A program made the translations under genes and the position numbers. A stretch of DNA of 59,083 bases from Gammaproteobacteria bacterium. Lineage in GTDB: Bacteria; Pseudomonadota; Gammaproteobacteria; Pseudomonadales; Azotimanducaceae. Of this stretch, positions 17,676 through 26,295 are shown one piece after another (position 1 is the stretch's first letter; each line of letters begins with the position of its first letter). The DNA lies in the NCBI GenBank assembly GCA_002725285.1, contig PBRC01000030.1, positions 22,117 through 81,199 on the forward strand, written 5' to 3'. The notes beneath the pieces were generated by a model that saw only the letters and a list, made by a program, of their open reading frames with translations, did not search any database and had not been told where the DNA came from.

Positions 17676-19691
17676 TTACTCTAACGGTTTGGTCTGCAAC
17701 TCAACAAAACTGCGATAGTGACCGTCAGTCGAGTTCATCAGATCTTCATGGCTGCCCTGTTCGATAATCCTGCCATTATCAAGGAAAACGATCTTATCTG
17801 CCTGGGCTATGGTTGAAAGGCGATGAGCGATAATAATCACCAGTCTGTTTTTTGCAGCCTCATGCAAAGACTTCACCAGATATTCTTCCGTTTCTGGGTC
17901 AAGAGCAGATGTGGGTTCATCAAGAATGAGTATTTTCGAATCTCTGAGTAATCCCCTGGCAATGGAAATACGTTGTTTTTGACCAACAGAAAGTTTGCTT
18001 CCTGCAGCAGAACCGAGCCTGGTGTCATAGCCATCGGGTAATGTTGTGATGAAATCGTGTATGCCTGATATTTTCGCCACCTCTTCTACTTCATCTCTTC
18101 CGGCTTCCGGTTTTCCATAGCAGATATTGTTATGAATCGAGTCAGAGAAGAGCTGAGTTTCCTGAAAGACGTAGGTGATCTGGCTACGCATACTTTCGAG
18201 CGTCAGGTCATTTACATTGTGGCCATCGATTAAAACATCCCCTTCTGTTGCAACATGAAAGCGTGGGATCAGATAAGCCAGACTCGTCTTACCGGCACCA
18301 GTCGGACCAACGAAGGCAATGATCTCGCCGATTTTTGCGTCAAGGTTGATGTTGTCGAGTGCTCGGCGACCATCAGGATAGGTGAATCCGGCGCCCCGCA
18401 ATGCGATTCCATCCTGGACTAGTGACAGATCTGTACTGCCGAGATCACCTTCAGCTGGAAGGTCCAGCATTGCGAAAACACGTCGCATGCCTGCAACATT
18501 ATCCTGTAACGTAAGCCAGAGATAACCCAACGACATGGCAGGGCCGCGAAGATAGGCAAGATAAAGGAGCAGCACAGCCAGATCACCAGGCGACATTTCT
18601 CCGTCGATGACCCTGGACACTACAAAAATGATAAAAAGAACCTCAACCAGCTTTGCGAGAATTTGGCCCAGCCTGCCAATTGCTATCCACAGCAGTCTTA
18701 CCGACCGAAAACGTCTGAATGATTCGTCGCTGTCCGAGTCAAATCGGTTCTGCTCCGCCTGATTGCCGCCGAGACTCTGGACCGCAAGGATATTATCCAT
18801 ACCTTCTTCGATAGTGCTGGTGGTGATTGCACCTGCAGCACGTGCTGCCTGTCCCCGGCGCCGCATCGCGCGAGAGAAGAGGGATGTTGTAGCAGCCCAT
18901 ATAGGGAATATAGCTGCGGTCATCCAGAGTATTTCCGGCGTGTCGGGATACGCGCTCATGACGGTTAACGTCGCCTGAATGTAAAGCAGAATTGAAATAA
19001 ATGGTGTATGAGTGATATCGAAAAAAATCTGATTCATTTGCGGTGCGTCATACATCACCCGATAAATGGAATCCCCGATTCGCTGGTCTTCCAGTTGAGT
19101 CATCGAGAGTGATCCAATGCGGCTGAATATTTCTGCTCGCAGCGTGTGGCTGAGGGCCTGTACCAGTCTTGTGCTTAGTTTGAATTCAAGATAACCATAA
19201 AGACCGCCTGCTTTGCTGTCACCGCCGTGGATCAGATTTTCCACTTGGGTGGCATAGTCCTGACCTTCAGCGAGTCTTGCTTCTGCTTCATCTTCATAGT
19301 CGGTACTGTATGACCCGATGGTGAGAACCAGGGTGACGCCGATCAGTGCGAGCCACATAAGTAGTTCCAGTGAGGTACTGCCATGCAGTGCATTGATCAG
19401 TGGCCACATGTAGGCTGGATAATCGGTGGCCTCTTGAATGGGATTTCCCAGAATCACATGATCGGTCAGGATTTTTACGGGCCAGGGAATTAGTGCCATA
19501 GGCAGGGCATAGGAGCCAAATTTGAGAAGGAATTTGGCAATATAGCGCCAGGTGAAAAACCTGATATAAGTCGCACTGCGAACAATGATGGCTGCTGCTT
19601 CTCGATAGTTGATATCAGTATGAGTATCGATACCGCTGGACCGTGAATTGAGATCCTGCCTGGGCGCTGTTTCCTGAACGATATCAGACAT
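17676..19691 (-). CDS. ABC exporter, fused permease/ATPase subunit (heterodimer partner 2)
   Basis: Walker A is GPTGAGKTS, the signature is LSVGQKQRISIARG and Walker B is ILILDEPTSALD. An N-terminal 6-TM ABC_membrane domain is present. ATG 19691 overlaps the upstream stop codon by 8 nt (ATGTCTGA). Confidence 0.9.
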   Translation of the reverse strand: MSDIVQETAPRQDLNSRSSGIDTHTDINYREAAAIIVRSATYIRFFTWRYIAKFLLKFGSYALPMALIPWPVKILTDHVILGNPIQEATDYPAYMWPLINALHGSTSLELLMWLALIGVTLVLTIGSYSTDYEDEAEARLAEGQDYATQVENLIHGGDSKAGGLYGYLEFKLSTRLVQALSHTLRAEIFSRIGSLSMTQLEDQRIGDSIYRVMYDAPQMNQIFFDITHTPFISILLYIQATLTVMSAYPDTPEILWMTAAIFPIWAATTSLFSRAMRRRGQAARAAGAITTSTIEEGMDNILAVQSLGGNQAEQNRFDSDSDESFRRFRSVRLLWIAIGRLGQILAKLVEVLFIIFVVSRVIDGEMSPGDLAVLLLYLAYLRGPAMSLGYLWLTLQDNVAGMRRVFAMLDLPAEGDLGSTDLSLVQDGIALRGAGFTYPDGRRALDNINLDAKIGEIIAFVGPTGAGKTSLAYLIPRFHVATEGDVLIDGHNVNDLTLESMRSQITYVFQETQLFSDSIHNNICYGKPEAGRDEVEEVAKISGIHDFITTLPDGYDTRLGSAAGSKLSVGQKQRISIARGLLRDSKILILDEPTSALDPETEEYLVKSLHEAAKNRLVIIIAHRLSTIAQADKIVFLDNGRIIEQGSHEDLMNSTDGHYRSFVELQTKPLE

Positions 19692-22122
19692 GGGATTCAG
19701 ACCGGTTGGTAAGATTTGATTCTGATTCAACAAATCTGCGATAGCGGCCATTCTCAATCTGCATCAGTGTTTCATGATCCCCGCTTTCAACAATACGACC
19801 ACTGTCGAGATAAAGTATGTTGTCGGCGCGGCGAATAGTTGAAATACGGTGGGTGATGAGAAATATCGCACGGCCTTGTGGCTGCCCACTTTCACCATGT
19901 GCTTCTCGCACCCAGGTCGTCAGGTTTGACATCACGCGATGCTCGGTAGCAGCATCAAGAGCAGCGGTAGGTTCATCCAGGATTAAAACAGGTGCATTGC
20001 GAACGACAGCCCTTGCGATAGAGAGTCGTTGTCTTTGTCCTGTTGATAATTTCCCACCACGATCACTTAACACCGTATCGAGGCCAAAAGGCAGGCTGGA
20101 AACAAAATCATCCATTGCAGCGATCCTTACTGCTTCTTGAATCGCTTTCTCGTCGGCATCCTTTGCGACATAGCGAATATTGTCACGCACCGACATGGCG
20201 AACAGTACATTCTCCTGCAACGCTATCGAGATTTTTACTCTTAAACTATCAACCTGATATTCCCGGATGTCCTTCCCATCGATGGTAATGGAACCCTTGT
20301 CAACATCAAAAAGGCGCAACAATAGTGACATCGCAGTGGTCTTGCCTGAGCCGGTGGGACCAATGATCGCAGTAACAGAACCGGGTTTGGTTGAGAAATT
20401 GATTCCATTCAGAACCGGGCGGCTTTTCTCGTAGGCGAAACTCACATCATTAAATCGAATTTCGTGCTCAAAACCTGAAAGCGGAATAGCATCTGTGCTG
20501 TCTTTGACATCCGGCTCAATATCCAGGATGTCAAAGACGCGATGCAATCCCATCGCAATATCCTGAACTGTCAACCAATCTCGCAGCAGCCTACGCAGGT
20601 TTTTGCTGGACTCACGAAACTGATCCCGGCTCCAACTGAAACTGGCAAGGTTCCAGACAACAAAACTGACCCCCACCAGAGCAATCAGGTCCGCTGAGAA
20701 AGTGGGATTTGCATTGTGCGCCCACCACGCCATTAGGAACTCGCCGGAGATCATAAAGGAAGCCGCGATGGTGAACATAACGATGGTGACCAGTGCGACA
20801 AGCACACGCACTCGAAAAGCCGCATTGAATGCGATGATAGAATCTTCTTCGAGCTTTTTCTCGGCACGCTCTGCTGTGCCGAATGCCTTAATCAGTTTTA
20901 TTGCGCCGAATGTCTCCTGGATCGTTGAAGTGACATTTGATGTTGCGGCCCGATAAACCAGTGTACGGACGCGCATCCTTGGCATTGCCCAGTGTGCCCA
21001 GATAAAGCCCGGTACGACCAGAACGCCTGCAATAAAGCCGATCAAGGGGCTCAACAGGGTGACGAGGCCGACCATGATGTAGTAGGTAACCAGTGCCAGC
21101 AGAATTCCAAGAAGCTTCATTATGACCGCAGTCACAACAGCGCTGTCCTGGTAGATTCTGAATATTGAATCACCGGTTCGATGATCACTGTGATACCGCA
21201 TCGATAGCTGATGCCAGCGCGCCAGTAATGCCATGCGCAGATCTTGATTGATCCGTTGCATAATCCACATCGCATAGTAGTCTATGGCTGCCCGTAGAAT
21301 GACCTGGATAAGGGTGATGCCCATCGTTATGTATCCCAATGTCCATTTGAGATCATGACGCTGTTCGCTTGTAAGGGTATCAACCGCGCCTTGTGATAAT
21401 TCGGGTAGTCCCAAAACCGATGCCAGTCCAGGCGCTATAGGGTCGTTTTGCAGCAGGTTTTGGTTTAGAAGATCAGCGATAACCAGCGCAAGAGATAGCT
21501 CGAGTAATCGTTCGAGGATGGCGATAGCGCAGAAGTAGACCAGGTGAGTAGCACCGCGAATGCGAAATTTAAGTTTGCCGTCCGTTGTTTTGTACTGTAC
21601 GCACCATCCAAAAAAACAAGCCAGTACGATCCCAAGCGCATAGTAGCCATCTTCGGCGCCATCAATGACAAAAGCGGAGACAGCAAAAAGGAAAAGACCG
21701 GATAAGAGCAACCCAAACGTTGCAAAAACCTGCCCCTTGCTGCTTGCGTAGGACATGAAGTACATGCTCATCACCATGACAGCGATAGGAGCATAAAGCA
21801 GATAGACAGGCCATTGCAGGGATGCGGGAACGATGCCGAGTAAAGGGCCTGCGAAAGCTACGAATGCGACCAAAAAGGGCGCATAACGAGAATGATAAGG
21901 GGTGATTTCAAGATTATCGACGGCTCTGTCTTCGAGTCCGTTTTCTGGTGTCCACCAGCGACCAAGAAACTGCGGTTTGATATAGGGCCAGGATCGCCCA
22001 AGAAGCTTCACCACATCCTTAAAACCGCTGTCATCATCTTCGACACTGCGATCCTGCTCTGGAGGGATGTAACCCTCACCAAACATGGGCAAAGCTCGTG
22101 AGCGCTGGTAGTTAGTTGTCAT
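19684..22122 (-). CDS. ABC exporter, fused permease/ATPase subunit with an extended N-terminal membrane region (heterodimer partner 1)
   Basis: 812 aa. Walker A is GPTGSGKTT, the signature is LSTGQRQRLSIARA and Walker B is VLILDEPTAALD. About 270 aa of extra hydrophobic sequence precede the canonical TMD. Confidence 0.9.
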   Translation of the reverse strand: MTTNYQRSRALPMFGEGYIPPEQDRSVEDDDSGFKDVVKLLGRSWPYIKPQFLGRWWTPENGLEDRAVDNLEITPYHSRYAPFLVAFVAFAGPLLGIVPASLQWPVYLLYAPIAVMVMSMYFMSYASSKGQVFATFGLLLSGLFLFAVSAFVIDGAEDGYYALGIVLACFFGWCVQYKTTDGKLKFRIRGATHLVYFCAIAILERLLELSLALVIADLLNQNLLQNDPIAPGLASVLGLPELSQGAVDTLTSEQRHDLKWTLGYITMGITLIQVILRAAIDYYAMWIMQRINQDLRMALLARWHQLSMRYHSDHRTGDSIFRIYQDSAVVTAVIMKLLGILLALVTYYIMVGLVTLLSPLIGFIAGVLVVPGFIWAHWAMPRMRVRTLVYRAATSNVTSTIQETFGAIKLIKAFGTAERAEKKLEEDSIIAFNAAFRVRVLVALVTIVMFTIAASFMISGEFLMAWWAHNANPTFSADLIALVGVSFVVWNLASFSWSRDQFRESSKNLRRLLRDWLTVQDIAMGLHRVFDILDIEPDVKDSTDAIPLSGFEHEIRFNDVSFAYEKSRPVLNGINFSTKPGSVTAIIGPTGSGKTTAMSLLLRLFDVDKGSITIDGKDIREYQVDSLRVKISIALQENVLFAMSVRDNIRYVAKDADEKAIQEAVRIAAMDDFVSSLPFGLDTVLSDRGGKLSTGQRQRLSIARAVVRNAPVLILDEPTAALDAATEHRVMSNLTTWVREAHGESGQPQGRAIFLITHRISTIRRADNILYLDSGRIVESGDHETLMQIENGRYRRFVESESNLTNRSESHV

Positions 22123-22152
22123 GGTGACTAGCAGCGCACCTAACAGTATCGA

Positions 22153-22404
22153 CTAGGGCGCATGAGTCACCCATACTTCAGCGTGAACACTGTAACCGTT
22201 GAGAGATCCGCCAGCCAGATAGAGTTTACGGTCTATGATCACAGTTCCCGGTTCCCATTTACCCACTGGCATATCGGCTAATTTCTTCCACGCGAGTCCT
22301 TCTGCCTGTACCTCTGCAGAGACAAGTGCAGCAAATAGGGAAATCGCAGGAAAGATTCCGGTATTAAGGACCGACCACCGGTCTCGTTTTGGGCCACACG
22401 TCAT
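22153..22404 (-). CDS. small secreted protein with a single Kelch-like blade (possible gene remnant)
   Basis: A signal-like segment GIFPAISLFAALVSAEVQAEG is followed by WKKLADMPVGKWEPGTVIIDRKLYLAGG, a Kelch-motif pattern. The ORF ends after one blade. GGGAGAA lies ahead of ATG 22404. Confidence 0.3.
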   Translation of the reverse strand: MTCGPKRDRWSVLNTGIFPAISLFAALVSAEVQAEGLAWKKLADMPVGKWEPGTVIIDRKLYLAGGSLNGYSVHAEVWVTHAP

Positions 22405-22474
22405 GTATTCTCCCAGGAATGTCTCACCAGAATTATTTGGTCGTGACCTAAACCTCAAAACAGCACTCCCGGCA

Positions 22475-22981
22475 CTATTTAAACAACTTTGACGATGCGT
22501 ACTTAAACATCAGGAATACGACAATTCCGATAACCACTAGGCTTTCCAGAGATCCGAAGAATCCTATAATCAGTCGTAACTTGAATAGTGCCAGTACTAC
22601 AAGAAAGCTAAGCCCAATCATCATCATCAACCCTGACAGACGACCAAACCCAGGCAGACGGTTGAAACTCACGCGACGACCAATCAGAAAGAACGACAGG
22701 GCCATCGAGATGATCGGCACAAAATAGATCAGAAAATTCACCTCAAGCAGGTTCTGGCGTACGAAGAACAGTGAGTATCCGATTAGTACGGCAGATATCA
22801 CCCCGGGGATACAGACAAGATATATCAGAACCGAGTAGACATAATCGAAAAACATGATTCTGCCTTCACGGTTGTATGTGACAAACCCAAGTGACCAGCC
22901 AAACAACGGAGGCAGAACGAAGTAGAACGCGATATAGAAGCCGTAGTTTCCGAGCTGATCTATCAGGTCCTGAATCGTCAT
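22475..22981 (-). CDS. hypothetical integral membrane protein
   Basis: 168 aa with about 5 hydrophobic helices. I recognised no family. It is on the same strand as the Kelch-like ORF and the ABC genes and tightly spaced with them. Confidence 0.5.
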   Translation of the reverse strand: MTIQDLIDQLGNYGFYIAFYFVLPPLFGWSLGFVTYNREGRIMFFDYVYSVLIYLVCIPGVISAVLIGYSLFFVRQNLLEVNFLIYFVPIISMALSFFLIGRRVSFNRLPGFGRLSGLMMMIGLSFLVVLALFKLRLIIGFFGSLESLVVIGIVVFLMFKYASSKLFK

Positions 22982-23125
22982 ACTGACAGCTTAAGGAAAA
23001 ACATCTTCAGATGCCATCCGGCAAATTCAGCCAGTCATCTCGGCTGTGAGAGTTATTCCATCAGCCTGGTTTGTGTCAACTGACGTATTTCTCACCCTTT
23101 GAATCCGACCTTAACGAGGTTGGCG

Positions 23126-23902
23126 CTAACGATCAAACTCAACCTGGGCCCGGAGAGGAATGGTTTCACCTGTAATTCTCTCGGCAGCATCAGAGGCAAG
23201 AAAGACAGCAAGGTGGGCGCAGTGTTCAGGTTCTGGTGGAAACTGCAGTGGTGGCAGAGGATCGCCATTCTTATCGGTATTTTTCGGTAGCATGCCACTT
23301 TTCTGAATACCCGGTGTTGCGGTCAGGCCTGGCGCGATGCAGTTCACTGTTATCGAGTCTTTCGCCCATGATGCTGCAAGTGTGCGAGTTAGACTGATGA
23401 CGCCAGCCTTTGCCGCGCCGTAATGGGCCATACTCGGTGTGTGTTTTATTCCTGCAACCGAGGAAATATTAATGATGCGACCACCTGACTGCGTCATCAT
23501 CACCCGGGCTGCAGCAACACTTCCAAAAAAGACGCTGTTCAGGTTAAGTGCAATTCCGTCTCGCCATTCGTCCGCTGAAAGATCCAGTGCCTTTTTGATG
23601 TGCAGTGCGCCACCTGCATTGTTCACCATGATGTCCAGCCTGCCAAATTCCGATACGGTCTGTTCGACAAGTGAATCGACCTGATTTTCATCCGTGACGT
23701 CGGCTGCAATTGCCAAAGCGGTTCCACCGGCACTGACAATCCTACCTGCAAGCGCCTTGAGATTGTCAAGATTGCGGCTGGCAATGACGACCCTGGCGCC
23801 AGCGCGCGCGTATTCGCGGGCGATGGCACTGCCTATTCCACCTGCGCCACCTGTAACAATGGCAACTTTTTCTTTGAGATCACTATCTTTCAGGTCAGGC
23901 AC
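23126..23902 (-). CDS. SDR family oxidoreductase (FabG-like)
   Basis: The sequence shows VAIVTGGAGGIGSAIA, NNAGG and YGAAKAGVISL. The start is GTG, with AAGGAGA 7 nt upstream. Confidence 0.9.
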   Translation of the reverse strand: MPDLKDSDLKEKVAIVTGGAGGIGSAIAREYARAGARVVIASRNLDNLKALAGRIVSAGGTALAIAADVTDENQVDSLVEQTVSEFGRLDIMVNNAGGALHIKKALDLSADEWRDGIALNLNSVFFGSVAAARVMMTQSGGRIINISSVAGIKHTPSMAHYGAAKAGVISLTRTLAASWAKDSITVNCIAPGLTATPGIQKSGMLPKNTDKNGDPLPPLQFPPEPEHCAHLAVFLASDAAERITGETIPLRAQVEFDR

Positions 23903-24274
23903 TTGGGTTCTCCTTGATGGTTGGATGCCATTGAACAGTGATGCAGGCCTCAGTTTACCTCAGAACGAATCGCGGCTATTCGATTTCCTCAAATCGACCC
24001 TGGAAAAAATTCAGCATTTCAGGCTCATAGACAAATCGTAATCCTTTGACGTTGCCTGTATTCTGCATTACACGAATCACACTTTCTGCTGTCACATCCA
24101 TATGCGCCTGGGTATAAGCTGTGGTGATGATTGTGTTAAGAGACAGTTACACCACAGGTTGTGGCATTTCATCCCTTGTTGCCGGAGAGGGCAAAGAAGT
24201 GGCTGAATGCTGCTCGAATTCGTCTTACAGCATTGATGCTAAGTGTATACCGGACTCAGTTTATGACCCGGATT

Positions 24275-24297
24275 CGGGAACCCCTGGCAGGTTCCCG
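24275..24297 (-). terminator. stem-loop downstream of the carboxylase operon (no U-tract)
   Basis: CGGGAACC-7 nt-GGTTCCCG forms a perfect 8-bp stem 17 nt after the stop codon at 24314. Confidence 0.3.
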
Positions 24298-24313
24298 ATC
24301 AAACCGAGATAGA

Positions 24314-26293
24314 CTATTCCACCTTTTCTTGTTCCGCCAGGACAACCAGTATCTGACCGTTATCTACCTGATCGCCTTTCGCCACCTCGAGTTCACTCAC
24401 ACGACCTGCCCGTGGCGCGGTGATTCGATGTTCCATCTTCATACCTTCAAGGATCAGCAGCAGTTGTCCTTCCTCTACCTCGTCGCCGACAGAGACGTAG
24501 GTTTCGACAACATTTCCTGGCATCGGGGCGGTAAGACCGCCTGCCAGTCCGAGATGGTCAAGATCCGGAAATCTAGGTAACTCGACCAGCTCAATTTGAC
24601 CGGATGGACCGTGGGTGAGCCATCGATCACCATCAGCAGTGACCGTAAATGCCAGCAGGCGACCCTCAATTTCCAGTGATATTTGCTTCCCGTCTCTGGA
24701 TTTGATGAATACGACCAGTTCGAGATCGTCAGCCATGGCTAGAAAACTGCCGTTTCGCTGACTTTGATATTCCAGTGCCAGTTCTTCATCACCGATTGAG
24801 TATTCAATCAATTCTGGTGGCATCACTGAGTTTCGCCAACCGCTGGGAATTCGATGCAGTGTTTTTGAAGCAGCCCGTCGGTCTCCCTGGGCAATCATGG
24901 CGGCTGCAATCGCAGCTTCGATCAACTCACCGCGACCGGGCGTTTTACCTCGTGGAGGATCGATCCGTGAGATGAAGTCGGTGGTCGTGTCACCATCAAG
25001 AAACGCCTCGGTTCGCAGCACTGAAACCAGAAAATCCCGGTTAGTGACCAGTCCCTGGATACGAGTTGTCTCCAGTACGCGTGCCAGTCGCAATGCAGCT
25101 TCAGCACGGGTGGGTGCGTGTACGATAACCTTGCTCAGCATGGGATCAAACTCAATACCAACCCTGCTTCCGGTCTCAATCCCGCTATCAAATCGGGCAT
25201 CGGCCACCTTCGAGGGTTCAAACAGCAATACGGGGCCGGCGGTTGGCAGGAAATCCTTTACCGGATCCTCGCCATAGATCCGTGCCTCAATGGCATGACC
25301 GTTAATGACCAGATCGTCCTGGGTAAAGCTGAGTTGGTCACCCTGGGCGACGAGTATCTGTTCGCGTACCAGATCAAGGCCTGTGATTTCTTCGGTTACA
25401 GGGTGTTCAACCTGCAGGCGTGTATTCATCTCCAGGAACCAGAAATCTTCACCGTCCAGCAGGAATTCCACGGTTCCTGCCGAGGTATAGCTAATTGCCC
25501 TGGCAGCAGCTACCGCAGCAGCCCCCATTTTTTCTCGCAGTTCAGGAGACACTGCAGAGGAAGGTGCTTCTTCAATAATCTTCTGGTGTCGACGCTGTAT
25601 GGAACATTCCCGCTCGAAGCAGTGCACGGCGTTTCCGTGTTCATCCCCCATCACCTGTATCTCCACGTGACGTGAAGAAGACAGCCAGCGTTCCAGGAAG
25701 ATGGTGTCATCGCCAAAGGCAGCAGCGGCTTCCCGACGTGCGCCATCCACGGCTTCGTCGAGTTCATCATCGGACTCGACCACCCGCATGCCTTTCCCTC
25801 CACCACCGGCTGAGGCTTTGACCAGCAATGGATAGCCAATGTCCTTCGCAAGTGCCTTTGCGTCAGCACCTGCCGCGACCTCGGCAGAAGGCAGCGTTGG
25901 CACGCCTGCATCGGTCATCAGTTTCTTGGATGAGAGCTTATCTCCCATCTGGGAAATGGCATCGGCGTTCGGCCCGATCCAGATGAGTCCTGCATCCTTT
26001 ACTGTCGCTGCAAAGGTCGTGTTCTCAGATAGGAATCCATAGCCGGGATGGATGGCGTCAGCACCTGTGCGTTTCGCCGCTGCCAGAACCTTGGCCTGGT
26101 CAAGATAGGTTTCCAGTGAACTGGTTCCACCAAGAGCGACCGCCTGATCGGCTTCTTTGACAAAGGGCTCACTGGCATCCCCGTCGGCGTAGATAGCCAC
26201 GGTACTGATGCCCATGTTGTGAGCAGTTCTCATGATACGGCGAGCAATCTCGCCGCGGTTGACGACTAAAATACGTTCGATATGTTTTGACAT
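24314..26293 (-). CDS. acyl-CoA carboxylase alpha subunit (biotin carboxylase + biotinyl carrier domain)
   Basis: The N-terminus is ILVVNRGEIARRI, with ATP-grasp and KASAGGGGKGMR motifs. The C-terminus has EGMKMEH, the biotinylation motif (E)AMKM variant. The start is ATG 26293, 2 nt after the beta-subunit stop codon. Confidence 0.9.
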   Translation of the reverse strand: MSKHIERILVVNRGEIARRIMRTAHNMGISTVAIYADGDASEPFVKEADQAVALGGTSSLETYLDQAKVLAAAKRTGADAIHPGYGFLSENTTFAATVKDAGLIWIGPNADAISQMGDKLSSKKLMTDAGVPTLPSAEVAAGADAKALAKDIGYPLLVKASAGGGGKGMRVVESDDELDEAVDGARREAAAAFGDDTIFLERWLSSSRHVEIQVMGDEHGNAVHCFERECSIQRRHQKIIEEAPSSAVSPELREKMGAAAVAAARAISYTSAGTVEFLLDGEDFWFLEMNTRLQVEHPVTEEITGLDLVREQILVAQGDQLSFTQDDLVINGHAIEARIYGEDPVKDFLPTAGPVLLFEPSKVADARFDSGIETGSRVGIEFDPMLSKVIVHAPTRAEAALRLARVLETTRIQGLVTNRDFLVSVLRTEAFLDGDTTTDFISRIDPPRGKTPGRGELIEAAIAAAMIAQGDRRAASKTLHRIPSGWRNSVMPPELIEYSIGDEELALEYQSQRNGSFLAMADDLELVVFIKSRDGKQISLEIEGRLLAFTVTADGDRWLTHGPSGQIELVELPRFPDLDHLGLAGGLTAPMPGNVVETYVSVGDEVEEGQLLLILEGMKMEHRITAPRAGRVSELEVAKGDQVDNGQILVVLAEQEKVE

Positions 26294-26295
26294 GA

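Noticed and set aside
23950-24110. A short minus-strand reading frame (..TAYTQAHMDVTAESVIRVMQNTGNVKGLRFVYEPEMLNFFQGRFEEIE*) lies between the SDR and the carboxylase operon.
   Set aside because: It looks protein-like, but it is only about 40 to 55 codons, is bounded by an upstream TAA, and has no recognisable family or RBS. It may be a remnant or a small gene, and the evidence is insufficient.
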